DNA of 64,000 bases from an uncultured Ruminococcus sp. (GCA_964434325.1 CAYSUO010000001.1:16513-80512); one strand, 5' to 3'. Positions 27,351 to 37,119 are shown, counted from the stretch's first letter. Numbers and translations are program-made. Notes: a model not told the origin generated them from the sequence alone.

Positions 27351-27851
27351 TTATCGTTTGTTAAAATATTTGCTCATAGCCGAGGACGAGCTTCTTGCGT
27401 GGCAAATGGCGATAGCAACGGCGTCGGCAGTATCATCGGGCTTCGGCGGCTTTGGAAGCTTTAACAAAGAGGTTACCATGGCTATGACCTGCTTTTTTTC
27501 AGCTCTTCCATACCCGACTACCGCTTGCTTGACTTGAAGCGGCGTATATTCATTTATTTTCACGCCCAATTTGTGTGCCGTACATATTATAACGCCGCGC
27601 GCCTCGGCAACTGCAATACCCGTTGTTATATTGGTATTGAAGAACAGCTCCTCGACCGCCATTTCCTCGGGATGATATTTATTTATTACATTTTCAATAT
27701 CGCGTTCTATCATAAGCAGGCGCGCTTCTAACGCGGTGTGTGCGGGCGTCGTTATCGCGCCGAAGGCGACGGGGCGCATATTGCCGTGCTCGCTCTCGAT
27801 TACCGACCATCCGACTATTGCGACCCCAGGATCTATTCCCAATATTATCAA
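27351..27851 (-). CDS. ruvC: crossover junction endodeoxyribonuclease RuvC
   Basis: ILGIDPG N-terminus. Start placed at TTG 27851, with GAGGGA 5 nt upstream. The ORF call extends to 27866. Confidence 0.85.
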   Translation of the reverse strand: MIILGIDPGVAIVGWSVIESEHGNMRPVAFGAITTPAHTALEARLLMIERDIENVINKYHPEEMAVEELFFNTNITTGIAVAEARGVIICTAHKLGVKINEYTPLQVKQAVVGYGRAEKKQVIAMVTSLLKLPKPPKPDDTADAVAIAICHARSSSSAMSKYFNKR

Positions 27852-28114
27852 CTTTTTCCCTCGCAATAAATTTTCAGTTTATTTTATCATAAAATCGCGA
27901 TTATGTCAACGCCTTGGTAGCAAGCTTCTAAAAAATATAATATTTTGTTATTTGCTTTACTTTTTACGATGATTATGCTATAATATAAACGAAATCAAAG
28001 TGCAAATTTTTTGCGCCGCATTTATTGGTTTGCACTTACGAATAACGAAAAGAAAGCACCGAACACTTTTATGCCATAAGGAATTGCCGCCAAAGGCGGC
28101 GGAACGGAGATTTT

Positions 28115-28330
28115 ATGCCCATAGTCAGATTTTCCGTCGGCGACATTTTAACAATGAAAAAAAAGCACCCCTGCTCCTCGTATTCCTTCAAGGTCCTACG
28201 CACGGGCAGCGATGTGCGAATAGTTTGCCTTGGGTGCGGGCGCGATATTACAATAGCAAGAGAAGCGCTCGAAAAAATGATAAAAAAGGTTACCGCTTTG
28301 GAAGGAGAAAAAAACACCACTCATGTTTGA
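28115..28330 (+). CDS. DUF951 family small protein
   Basis: VGDILTMKKKHPC...VCLGCGR pattern. Overlaps the ruvA start. Confidence 0.7.
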   Translation: MPIVRFSVGDILTMKKKHPCSSYSFKVLRTGSDVRIVCLGCGRDITIAREALEKMIKKVTALEGEKNTTHV

Positions 28331-28940
28331 TTATATAAATGGCACGTTAGAATACCGAACTACAACTACCTGCGTTTTGGATTGCGGCGGAATTGGCTAT
28401 AAGCTCACCGTCAGTATGCTGAGCTCTGAATCTTTATCACAAAAGCTCGGGCAAAAGGTCAAACTTTTTACATATTTGGCAGTCCGCGAGGATGGAATTG
28501 AGCTTTTCGGCTTTGCAAGCTCCGAAGAGCGCCTTTGCTTCAACCAGCTAACGAGCGTGAGCGGAGTCGGTCCCAAGGCGGCAATGAGCATTCTTTCGGT
28601 GATGACGCCCGACGATCTCGCGGCGGCTGTATGCACAGATGATGCTAAGTCCATTTCACGGGCACAAGGAATAGGAACAAAAACGGCGCAACGCATAGTG
28701 CTCGAATTAAAGGACAAGATGGCAAAGGAGCTGATGACGGCGCTTCCCAAGGCGAACGCGGCTCCAAGCGCTTTGCCCTTCACCGCACCATCGGGTAAGC
28801 TCGCGGAAGCCACACAGGCGCTCATGGTACTCGGCTACGACCGAAACACTATCCTCGCCGCTTTAAAAGGGACCGAAACCGACGCACTCGATACGCCCGA
28901 TATAATCAAGCTGGTTTTAAAAAAGCTGACGACGAAGTAA
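28323..28940 (+). CDS. ruvA: Holliday junction branch migration complex subunit RuvA
   Basis: MFDYINGTL N-terminus and HhH motifs (VSGVGPKAA, GIGTKTAQRI). Confidence 0.9.
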   Translation: MFDYINGTLEYRTTTTCVLDCGGIGYKLTVSMLSSESLSQKLGQKVKLFTYLAVREDGIELFGFASSEERLCFNQLTSVSGVGPKAAMSILSVMTPDDLAAAVCTDDAKSISRAQGIGTKTAQRIVLELKDKMAKELMTALPKANAAPSALPFTAPSGKLAEATQALMVLGYDRNTILAALKGTETDALDTPDIIKLVLKKLTTK

Positions 28941-29024
28941 TTCGGCGCGCTTTTTGCAAGTCATCGCTTAACGAAAGCTTTTCTATAATTTTTGCGCCGT
29001 AAAGCGGCGGAACGGAGTTACTCT

Positions 29025-30089
29025 ATGATAGAAGAAGTAAACGACTTTGATTATGAAAATCGAATAGTGTCCAATGAATATAATTCGACGCAGGATGCCG
29101 AGGTGGAAAACTCGCTTCGCCCGAAAACTTTATCGGAATATATAGGTCAAACGAAGGCAAAAAGCAATCTTAAAGTCTATATTGAAAGCGCGAAGCTTAG
29201 AGGCGAAGCCCTCGATCACGTTTTGCTTTACGGCCCACCTGGTCTCGGAAAAACCACGCTGTCGGCGATAATAGCGAACGAGATGGGAGTGAATATCCGA
29301 ACGACGTCGGGGCCCGCCATTGAAAAGCCAGGAGATCTCGTTGCGCTCCTTACCAACCTTGCGGAGGGCGACGTTCTTTTTATTGACGAAATTCATCGAC
29401 TCAACAGGACGGCGGAGGAAATACTCTACCCCGCCATGGAGGATTATGCCATCGACATAATCATCGGTCAGGGTCCCAGCGCAAGCTCCGTCCATCTTCC
29501 CATTCCTAAGTTCACGCTGATTGGTGCAACGACGAGAGCGGGACAGCTTACCACGCCGCTACGCGATCGCTTCGGCGTGATATTGAAGCTGGAGCTTTAT
29601 TCTCCGAACGAGCTTGCCACGATAGTAAAGCGCTCGGCGGGTATTCTCGGAATAGAAATAACGGACGACGGAGCCCTAGCGCTCGCCTCGCGTTCGCGCG
29701 GAACTCCCCGAATAGCCAATCGCCTATTAAAGCGAGTTCGCGATTTTGCACTCATAAAGGGGAACGGCATCATAAGCTCGGAAATAGCCAAATTCGCGCT
29801 TGACGCTCTCGAAATCGACGAATTGGGCTTGGATAACGTCGACCGCTCGATGCTTGAAGCCATAATTAAATTTTACGGCGGCGGTCCCGTCGGACTTGAT
29901 ACCCTCGCCGCAACGATAGGCGAAGAGGCGATAACAATCGAGGACGTTTACGAGCCCTATCTTATGCAAATCGGCTTTTTGGCTCGAACACCGCGCGGCA
30001 GATGCGCAACGAAGCTGGCATACGAACATCTCGGTATACCGCTTTCTGAGTCTCAGCCGACGTCCGCCCAAGGAAAGCTTGATTTTTAA
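29025..30089 (+). CDS. ruvB: Holliday junction branch migration DNA helicase RuvB
   Basis: LRP..L.EYIGQ, Walker [10 protein letters not shown], Walker B FIDEIHRL. Start trimmed to ATG 29025. Confidence 0.95.
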   Translation: MIEEVNDFDYENRIVSNEYNSTQDAEVENSLRPKTLSEYIGQTKAKSNLKVYIESAKLRGEALDHVLLYGPPGLGKTTLSAIIANEMGVNIRTTSGPAIEKPGDLVALLTNLAEGDVLFIDEIHRLNRTAEEILYPAMEDYAIDIIIGQGPSASSVHLPIPKFTLIGATTRAGQLTTPLRDRFGVILKLELYSPNELATIVKRSAGILGIEITDDGALALASRSRGTPRIANRLLKRVRDFALIKGNGIISSEIAKFALDALEIDELGLDNVDRSMLEAIIKFYGGGPVGLDTLAATIGEEAITIEDVYEPYLMQIGFLARTPRGRCATKLAYEHLGIPLSESQPTSAQGKLDF

Positions 30090-30185
30090 CTCGTCGAATG
30101 TAGCGTTCAAGCTGACTACGGGTGTAAGCGCTACTGCACGCCGATTATATGCGGAATATCAGTCCCAAGATTTACCAAAGAGCAG

Positions 30186-31025
30186 TTGCAAAAAATCGAG
30201 GACGACAACACGAGGATATACGAGATTGATGGCAAAAAAGGCAACAGTTACTTTTGGACGCAAAAAATGCGAGCGTTGGAAGCCGAAATCAGGAAGTGCG
30301 GAGACGAAATCAATGCGTTAAAAGCGTTTGGCAATAGCGTTCCGCAGATAAAGGACTTACAGCAGAGAACAAAAGCATTCCAAGCGAAGTATGACCAAAT
30401 AGCAGACGTTACGGGGATTGATAAAGAGCCGCAACGCTTGACGGTGCAGAAGCCTATTATTGAAAGCGGTGTTGCGAGCAGTTCAAGCAAAGAGTCTATC
30501 ACACTGATAACCGATACGGCGATTAACTCTGTTAAAAAGGTAAGCATTAGCGGATTTACAGATACTCAAAACAAATACATTCAAGAACAGCACAAGGAAC
30601 TTCTGAAATATGCAAGAGACAACAACGGAAGCAATGAGGTTGCGTTCGTCTACCGAAAGGGTTTGACCGACAGGACAATTTTCAATGGAAGTGACGACGT
30701 TATTGACTTTGGCAATGGGCTAAATGGTAAAGGTGACGGCTTGGTTATAATGCACAATCACCCGAGGAATAGCAGTTTTTCAAAAACGGACGTCGGTGAA
30801 TTTGTTAGAAATAACGACATCAAAACTATGTCAATAGTAAAAAACAATGGCAACACTGAAATATTGTTGAAAACTGAAAATTATAGCCCGAGAGAAGCAT
30901 TTATAATTCAAAATCGGTTTAAAACCAAATACGCTCCTAACGGGACTAATGCAGAATATGACAAAATGGTGCAAAAATACTTATCATATTGCGAAAAGAA
31001 AGGGCTGATAGAATGGATAAAATAA
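30186..31025 (+). CDS. 5'-truncated phage minor-capsid/MuF-like protein with JAB/JAMM-like C-terminal domain
   Basis: Helical segment YFWTQKMRALEAEIRK...QRLTV. C-terminal SNEVAF...VIMHNHPRNSSFSKTD fits E..HxH..SxxD with the spacer one residue short. Only a TTG start and no clear RBS. Confidence 0.45.
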   Translation: MQKIEDDNTRIYEIDGKKGNSYFWTQKMRALEAEIRKCGDEINALKAFGNSVPQIKDLQQRTKAFQAKYDQIADVTGIDKEPQRLTVQKPIIESGVASSSSKESITLITDTAINSVKKVSISGFTDTQNKYIQEQHKELLKYARDNNGSNEVAFVYRKGLTDRTIFNGSDDVIDFGNGLNGKGDGLVIMHNHPRNSSFSKTDVGEFVRNNDIKTMSIVKNNGNTEILLKTENYSPREAFIIQNRFKTKYAPNGTNAEYDKMVQKYLSYCEKKGLIEWIK

Positions 31026-31150
31026 TTCACGGTTTGGATTTGCCAGATAAGATAGATGAGAGAAACAACGAGATCATCAAAAAAATGCTCGGCATTACTG
31101 ATGAAGAAATAAACGCATTTAAGATTGACGAGGACGAAGAAGATGAATGA
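31013..31150 (+). CDS. 45-aa acidic small ORF (MDKIIHGLDLPDKIDERNNEIIKKMLGITDEEINAFKIDEDEEDE)
   Basis: Not in the ORF track. Its ATG overlaps the upstream stop by 13 nt. Read directly from the sequence. Confidence 0.3.
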   Translation: MDKIIHGLDLPDKIDERNNEIIKKMLGITDEEINAFKIDEDEEDE

Positions 31151-31266
31151 CAAAGTACAACATTGAAAAGGCTATGGACTGCCCCGAATTTGACATATCA
31201 CAGATAATCGCGGAAAAGTTAGGCATAAGCTGTGAGCGATTGACGCGATATAAAAAAACAGGCTGA
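31147..31266 (+). CDS. 39-aa HTH-like small ORF (MTKYNIEKAMDCPEFDISQIIAEKLGISCERLTRYKKTG)
   Basis: Not in the ORF track. ATGA overlap with the preceding small ORF. Helix-turn-helix-like ISQIIAEKLGISCERLTRY. Confidence 0.35.
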   Translation: MTKYNIEKAMDCPEFDISQIIAEKLGISCERLTRYKKTG

Positions 31267-31298
31267 GTAAAAGCTTTAATTAAGCTAAGACTCAGCCT
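31252..31298. terminator. bidirectional terminator (strong T-run on the minus strand for the LRR gene)
   Basis: Stem AGGCTGAGT/ACTCAGCCT (31260-31268/31290-31298). Minus-strand tail is GTTTTTTTA. Confidence 0.7.
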
Positions 31299-31304
31299 AT
31301 TGTT

Positions 31305-33092
31305 TTATTCGATAACAAATGAATTTATTGTTCCGTCCGAGGCATAATTCCAATACTGCCCACAAAGCTCGGGCACCTTTTCGGAATAAAGATAAACGCT
31401 TTCGCTATCAAAAATACTAATCCCCGTTTTGCGCCAAGCTTCAAGCGTCGAGCCTTGGAAGCAGACAAATTCCAACGCTCCGCATTGATCGAATGCATCA
31501 TTTTCAATCGTTATAGCATCTTCGCCCACTATCAAAACTTGAAGTGCTTTGCAAGACCTAAAAGCGGCGCTTGAAATACGAGTTAAGCTTTTTGGAAGCG
31601 CGACAAGCTCCAAGGCGAAGCAATATGCAAAGGCTTCCTCGCCTATGCTGATAAGCTTATCAAAGCGAAGAGACTTCAATTTAACACAGGAATGAAAAGC
31701 TTTGCCACCTATCTGTTCAACAGTGCTCCAAAACGACACCCGCTCTAATGAACGGCAACCATAGAAGGCATAGCTACCTACATAGGAGAGCTTTTCCCCG
31801 CCGCTTATCTCGGTGAGCGCCGAAAAAGAATAAAACGCATTGCTTGCTATAAGCCTTGTATCGCCGTGTAAAGTGACGATTTTCAACTTTTCTTTTTTTA
31901 CCGACGTTGAAATGAGCGCATAGTATGGATTCTCGGAATTTCCTAAATAGTTCATTTCATTATCGACGTTGAAAGCAAGCGACGAGCAATCGGCGAAGCA
32001 GTCTTTTCCGATATATTCAAGGGTATTTGGTATACGAACGGAGGTTATCACTTTTCCCGAAAAGGCCTTTTCGGCTAAACCGATGACGGGAAGCCCTTCG
32101 TGAAAATCCGAAATCAAAACGTCGGTATCGCTTCCCGTATATCCCGTTACCACAAACGCTTCTCTCACGAGGTCCTTTTCATAGACCAACCCCTCACTCT
32201 CGAAGGAGAATTTTGCATACAATTCCAAATTTCCGACTTCATCGTAGACGGTGACCACATTTTTGAAGAGCTCATCACAAAACCAGCCGCAAAAATTCGC
32301 CTCCGACATAACGAGCTCTTCAAAGGAAAGAGGAAGATCTTCGGCGGTATACGACGATATATTGGAAGCGGAATTTTCAGCTCCGAAAAGGTGATATGTT
32401 ATGCTGTAAGTGACGAGTTGCCAGCGAGCCGTAAAGAGTGTATCACTTTCGATTTTATCATCGAAGTTCCATATAACGTTTCCAACAAACCAGCCGATAA
32501 ACTCGTAGCCACGGCGAGTTGGAGTATCGGGCGGAGTAACTATCCCCGTGCTCGTTGTGGAGTACGGTGCGGCACCCGTTGCATAGTCAAAGCTGACGGA
32601 ATAATTTGGGGAGTCGGGCTCTTCGGAAGGCGCGTCGTTTTCATCGTCTTCGCGTTCGTTTACGGGAGGCGTTTCTTCCGTCGCCTCTTTGTTTTCCTCG
32701 TTCACATCTGGGTTTTCGTTCTTTTCATCAGCTTCGCCGCTTTTTATGGGTGCATTTTGCTCGTTATCAGCTTTAACTTCATCGCTTTCGTCGAGCGTCG
32801 GCTTAGAGCTATCTATATTTATATCTTCGCTGTCAAAAGCGACGTCGGTTTTATTTTCAGCATCACTATCTCCGCTCGCCTCGTCACGATCTACACTTGC
32901 GTCATCGTTATTGCTTTCCGTCGCTCCACTTTCTTTGTTATCGCTTTTAGATATTAGCTCCCCGTTACCGTTCGCGTTATCAAGTGTCGAATCGCCGTTG
33001 TCAAAATTCGAGTTTAAACCACTATTGGAATTGCAAGAAGCAAAAAACACCAGCGCCACGATGAGCATCGCAGAAAATATAAGCTTTTTCAT
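31305..33092 (-). CDS. surface lipoprotein with acidic low-complexity linker, Listeria-Bacteroides (Flg_new) repeats and BspA-type leucine-rich repeats
   Basis: Signal peptide ending FFASC (lipobox-like), a D/E/N-rich region, RRGYEFIGWF repeats, and repeated aF..C..L..v LRR_5-type units. Confidence 0.85.
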   Translation of the reverse strand: MKKLIFSAMLIVALVFFASCNSNSGLNSNFDNGDSTLDNANGNGELISKSDNKESGATESNNDDASVDRDEASGDSDAENKTDVAFDSEDINIDSSKPTLDESDEVKADNEQNAPIKSGEADEKNENPDVNEENKEATEETPPVNEREDDENDAPSEEPDSPNYSVSFDYATGAAPYSTTSTGIVTPPDTPTRRGYEFIGWFVGNVIWNFDDKIESDTLFTARWQLVTYSITYHLFGAENSASNISSYTAEDLPLSFEELVMSEANFCGWFCDELFKNVVTVYDEVGNLELYAKFSFESEGLVYEKDLVREAFVVTGYTGSDTDVLISDFHEGLPVIGLAEKAFSGKVITSVRIPNTLEYIGKDCFADCSSLAFNVDNEMNYLGNSENPYYALISTSVKKEKLKIVTLHGDTRLIASNAFYSFSALTEISGGEKLSYVGSYAFYGCRSLERVSFWSTVEQIGGKAFHSCVKLKSLRFDKLISIGEEAFAYCFALELVALPKSLTRISSAAFRSCKALQVLIVGEDAITIENDAFDQCGALEFVCFQGSTLEAWRKTGISIFDSESVYLYSEKVPELCGQYWNYASDGTINSFVIE

Positions 33093-33150
33093 TTGCGTCC
33101 TCGTTCCTCCGTTGATATTTATATGTTAGCTAAGCGATGATAAAGAGCTT

Positions 33151-33801
33151 TCAGTTTTTGCACCGAAGTGCTTCGATAGCCTGTCTTCTGTCCTTAGCCT
33201 TGAAAACAGAGCTACCCGCTACCAAAACGTTGGCGCCACGCGATACTACGGTGGGAGCGTTTGCCGCGTTAATGCCACCGTCCACTTGAATATCTATATC
33301 GTATCCGTTTTTAAGCGCTTCGGCTCTCAATATCGCTATCTTATCGAGTGTGCTTTCTATCAAAGCCTGACCACCGTATCCAGGCTCCACCGTCATAACC
33401 AGCACCATATCGCACATAGATAGATACGGAAATACGGCTTCGGGAGGAGTGTTTGGTTTTATCGCGACTGCCGCGCTTTTTCCATGGTTTTTTATCATTT
33501 CTATGCATTTACGAGGCTCATCGGTAGCTTCGATATGAAACGTTATCATATCGGCTCCGACGGATACAAAGCGTTCTATGTATCGCTCGGGCTTATCTAT
33601 CATAAGATGAACATCGAGCGTCGCAGCGCTTTCATTTCTTATCGCCTCCACTATCGGGAAGCCGAAGGAAATGTTGCTCACGAACAAGCCGTCCATAACA
33701 TCCAAATGTATCATGTCGGCTCCTGCCGCCGTAATGTCCCTTATCTCGTCACCAAGCTTTAAAAAATCGCACGCTAAAATGGAAGGGGAAATCTTTATCA
33801 T
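33151..33801 (-). CDS. rpe: ribulose-phosphate 3-epimerase
   Basis: MIKISPSILACDF N-terminus and HLDVMDG motif. Start trimmed to ATG 33801. Confidence 0.9.
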   Translation of the reverse strand: MIKISPSILACDFLKLGDEIRDITAAGADMIHLDVMDGLFVSNISFGFPIVEAIRNESAATLDVHLMIDKPERYIERFVSVGADMITFHIEATDEPRKCIEMIKNHGKSAAVAIKPNTPPEAVFPYLSMCDMVLVMTVEPGYGGQALIESTLDKIAILRAEALKNGYDIDIQVDGGINAANAPTVVSRGANVLVAGSSVFKAKDRRQAIEALRCKN

Positions 33802-33958
33802 ATAGGCCTCTTTCCCTGCCTGTGGCAGAAGTTTATTTCTAACATAAAATAATATGGAGATCGAAAATCTCGACGGGGCGAAGCGGTCGGACTTTAAAAG
33901 CGAAGGACGTATTTTTATTATGCCGCTCTCGTTCTGCCTCACGATTGGTGCTCGGCTT

Positions 33959-35140
33959 TTAGCCGAGCGCCTTATTTTTTGTCAAAAGCACCGTTGCATA
34001 GGCCGCAACGCCCTCCTCGCGCCCCGTAAAACCAAGCCGCTCCTCTGTTGTAGCTTTAACGCCGACGTTGGATAGAGGAAGTGCGAGCGCGTGAGCGATA
34101 TTATCGCGCATTTTATCAATGTACGGAGCGAGCTTGGGCTTCTGCATAACGATAGTTGAATCTATATTGATCACTTCGGCTCCGTTCATTTTCATCAGCT
34201 TTTCAACTTGCTCCAACAGCTTCAAGCTGGAAATTCCAGAATACCTTGCGTCGGTATCGGGAAAATGCTTACCTATATCTCCAAGAGCGAGCGCCCCGAG
34301 AATTGCGTCCATTATTGCGTGAAGCAAAACGTCGGCATCTGAATGCCCAAGCAGTCCTTTTTCGTATGGAATTTCAACGCCACCAAGAATCAGAGCTCGC
34401 CCCAAGACGAGGCGATGTACGTCGTAGCCTTGCCCTATCCGCATTTGCGACACTTCCCCATCTCCTTTCATCAAAAAATCGGCGTAATCAAGATCGCTCT
34501 TCGTTGTTATCTTGATATTCGATGCACTCGTATCGCTACAAAACACCGAGTGCCCGATATGTTCAACGAGACTGCAATCGTCGGTGATACGTGCGCCGAA
34601 GGCGGGCGCGCTTTCAAGGGCACGCCGATATAGAGCCACCTCAAATATTTGCGGCGTTTGCACGGCTCGCAAGCTACTGCGGTCAAGAGTAGATACAACG
34701 AATCCGTTATCACTTATCGTTTTAATGGTATCGACGACGGGCGTGGAAGCCGTCGCCGCTCCGTGCTTTATCGCGTCTCTTATTATCGTTTTAAGATCTT
34801 CTTGCGACGTGAAGCACCGTGCCGCGTCGTGGATTGCCACATATTCGGACTCCGCGGGCACCGCAAAGAAGCCGTTACGCGCGGATTCGGCACGAGTTCG
34901 GCCACCGCGCACGATGCCGATCACCTTGGATATGTTGGAGGCTTCATTTTTAGCAAAATCGAGTTCATCTTCACGCGTAACGACGACGATGTCCGCTATC
35001 TCGTCGCACGCCTCGAATATTTCGAGCGAACGAAGCAAAATGCTTTTGCCGCCGAGTGTTATCTTTTGCTTCGTCGTAGAAGCTTCGAGCCTTTTTCCGA
35101 GCCCCGCTGCTAAGACGACCGCCGTTATATGTGGTATCAT
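33959..35140 (-). CDS. ispDF: bifunctional IspD/IspF (MEP cytidylyltransferase + MEcPP synthase)
   Basis: N-terminal AAGLGKRL (IspD). C-terminal [12 protein letters not shown]...[11 protein letters not shown] (IspF). A single frame. Confidence 0.9.
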   Translation of the reverse strand: MIPHITAVVLAAGLGKRLEASTTKQKITLGGKSILLRSLEIFEACDEIADIVVVTREDELDFAKNEASNISKVIGIVRGGRTRAESARNGFFAVPAESEYVAIHDAARCFTSQEDLKTIIRDAIKHGAATASTPVVDTIKTISDNGFVVSTLDRSSLRAVQTPQIFEVALYRRALESAPAFGARITDDCSLVEHIGHSVFCSDTSASNIKITTKSDLDYADFLMKGDGEVSQMRIGQGYDVHRLVLGRALILGGVEIPYEKGLLGHSDADVLLHAIMDAILGALALGDIGKHFPDTDARYSGISSLKLLEQVEKLMKMNGAEVINIDSTIVMQKPKLAPYIDKMRDNIAHALALPLSNVGVKATTEERLGFTGREEGVAAYATVLLTKNKALG

Positions 35141-35161
35141 TGTGCGCTCCTTTCGTTGTTG

Positions 35162-35500
35162 CTATGTTCTGTAATAGACGAAGTGCACGGTTATACAGCG
35201 TTCCCTGCCATTTTCCAGTGAATTGGGTCCTTTTATTATCACTCCGTCACCGCTCATTAAAAATGCTGTTTCCATATATTTGACATTACACACGAACAAT
35301 CGCTCACCCGACGAATCGACGATAAATTCGTCTCCGTGCAAAGCAAGCGAGCCGCCGCGCCCTATAACGTCCTCGTTGCCGTCTCGATTCTCGGTCACGT
35401 ATTTTACGGCTTGCCCGTGTAAAGCTTTTGCTCTGGCGAGCTTGTAGGCGTAGCTTGACGGATTCTTGCTTCTGCCCATAAGCTTTGAAAAAAAGGACAT
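35162..35500 (-). CDS. hypothetical 112-aa protein, first gene of the ispDF-rpe unit
   Basis: Clean ORF with protein-like composition, 21 nt upstream of ispDF. No motif recognised. Confidence 0.5.
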   Translation of the reverse strand: MSFFSKLMGRSKNPSSYAYKLARAKALHGQAVKYVTENRDGNEDVIGRGGSLALHGDEFIVDSSGERLFVCNVKYMETAFLMSGDGVIIKGPNSLENGRERCITVHFVYYRT

Positions 35501-35628
35501 ATTCCATCACTCCGTAGCGCATAAAACATTTTATACTGTTATTTTATCACATTTTATTTAAAATTGGAAGCTTTTTTTCAATTAATATTTAATCTATTGA
35601 AATTTTTTATATTTTTTTACTAAACCTA

Positions 35629-35681
35629 TTGATTTTTTGCACGAAGTGTATTATAATAATAGCAAAGTGGGTTGAAGTGGG
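35629..35681 (+). promoter_or_regulatory. dcw-cluster promoter TTGATT-17-TATAAT followed by GTGGG direct repeats (MraZ-box-like)
   Basis: TTGATT 35629-35634 and TATAAT 35652-35657. GTGGG at 35667 and 35677 (10-bp spacing). Confidence 0.6.
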
Positions 35682-35724
35682 GCGTTTGACCGTAAAACCC
35701 CGTTTAAAAGAAAGGAGAGAAAGC

Positions 35725-36147
35725 ATGTCGTTCGTTGGCTCGTATACCCATTCGTTAGACTCTAAGAAGCGCGTATTCATACCTTCTAAGTTTCGAGACG
35801 ATCTCGGAAGCGAATTTTACATAACGAGAAAGTTCGATGCATATCTCTCCGTCTATACCGCCGATGACTGGGAGGCATACGTAGATAAAATATCCAAGCT
35901 CCCCGAAGCCGATGCGGATGAATTTCAAGATTTTATTCTCGGCGCCGCACAGAAATGCATTCCCGACGCAAGCGGAAGAATAATTCTGGATGAAAAGCTT
36001 TTAAAGCATGCAAAAATAGACAAAAACATCGTTTTCGTCGGTGCGGGAAAGCAGCTCCGCATTTGGTCCGAAGAGCTTTGGAACGAGCGCGAGCAAAACC
36101 GCAACTACGATACGATGCGCGAAATCATGCGGCAATACGGTCTTTAA
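35725..36147 (+). CDS. mraZ: transcriptional regulator MraZ
   Basis: Duplicated SpoVT/AbrB-like halves (SKKRVFIPSKFR, SGRIILDEKL). Start trimmed to ATG 35725 after AAAGGAGAG. Confidence 0.9.
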   Translation: MSFVGSYTHSLDSKKRVFIPSKFRDDLGSEFYITRKFDAYLSVYTADDWEAYVDKISKLPEADADEFQDFILGAAQKCIPDASGRIILDEKLLKHAKIDKNIVFVGAGKQLRIWSEELWNEREQNRNYDTMREIMRQYGL

Positions 36148-36163
36148 GGCATGGAGAGAATAT

Positions 36164-37108
36164 ATGGCTGAGCTTGCTTTTTCTCACACCTCGGTGCTTC
36201 TTGTCGAATGTATCGATGCTCTTAATATACGCGACGGATATACGTACGTCGATTGCACGACGGGGGGCGGCGGTCATTCCCTCGAAATAGCAAAAAGGCT
36301 CGGTGGCAATTCCAAGCTCATCTGCTTCGACAGAGACAGCGATGCAATAAGCGCCGCGAAACGCCGCCTCGCGGATTACCTCGACCGAGTGATATTTATC
36401 AATGACAATTTCTCCAACGTTGGAGCGGTACTAAAAGAGCTTGAAATAAAAAATCTCGGCGGAGTTCTTGCCGATCTCGGGTGTAGCTCCTATCAGTTTG
36501 ACACGCCTGAGCGAGGATTCGGATATATGCACGATGCGCGCCTCGATATGCGCATGGATACGTCGGCACCACTTTCCGCCTACGAGGTCGTTAACGGATA
36601 CTCCGAAGAAAAGCTGAAAAGCATAATTTTTGAATATGGCGAAGAAAGCTTTGCCCCTCGGATTGCAGATCTTATTTGCAAAAAAAGAGCCGAAAAGAAG
36701 ATAGAGACCACCTTTGAGCTTTCGGAAATTATAAAATCGGCGATACCCGCTTCAAAAAGAGTGAACGGACCGCACCCCGCAAAAAGAACCTTTCAAGCGA
36801 TACGCATAGAGGTCAACGGAGAGCTGGACGCGATAGCGCCTCTTATTAAAAGTGCTACCGCGGCTCTATGCTCGGGAGGAAGAATTGCCGTTATCTCATT
36901 TCATTCGCTTGAAGACAGAATAGTTAAGCAAAATTTCAAAGCGCTGGCAGTCGGCTGTACCTGCCCTCGCGATTTTCCCGTATGCGTTTGCGGGAAAAAG
37001 CCCATAATAAAAGAAATAACGAAAAAGCCCATACTTCCCACCGAAAACGAATTGAGCGCCAACCCGCGCTCAAGAAGCGCCAAATTGAGGGTGGCGGAAA
37101 AAATATAA
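36164..37108 (+). CDS. rsmH: 16S rRNA (cytosine1402-N4)-methyltransferase
   Basis: HTSVLL, DCTTGGGGHS and DLGCSSYQFD motifs. Start trimmed to ATG 36164. Confidence 0.9.
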   Translation: MAELAFSHTSVLLVECIDALNIRDGYTYVDCTTGGGGHSLEIAKRLGGNSKLICFDRDSDAISAAKRRLADYLDRVIFINDNFSNVGAVLKELEIKNLGGVLADLGCSSYQFDTPERGFGYMHDARLDMRMDTSAPLSAYEVVNGYSEEKLKSIIFEYGEESFAPRIADLICKKRAEKKIETTFELSEIIKSAIPASKRVNGPHPAKRTFQAIRIEVNGELDAIAPLIKSATAALCSGGRIAVISFHSLEDRIVKQNFKALAVGCTCPRDFPVCVCGKKPIIKEITKKPILPTENELSANPRSRSAKLRVAEKI

Positions 37109-37119
37109 GGAGAACAAAA

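Larger units (their letters stand above)
30090..31300 (+). mobile_element. degraded prophage/ICE-derived remnant (no integrase, no recognisable ends)
   Basis: Visibly more AT-rich than its flanks. Begins at the ruvB stop codon. Contains a frame-disrupted 5' stub (30079-30185), a phage-like ORF and two tiny overlapping ORFs. Confidence 0.4.

Noticed and set aside
32100-33129. 285-aa and 146-aa ORFs antisense to the LRR lipoprotein gene
   Set aside because: Low-complexity mirror images of the acidic linker and LRR codons. The sense-strand gene has a signal peptide, repeats and an RBS.
34512-35174. 220-aa and 154-aa ORFs antisense to ispDF
   Set aside because: They lie entirely within a well-supported gene on the other strand, and their Ser/Arg-rich composition is typical of antisense frames.
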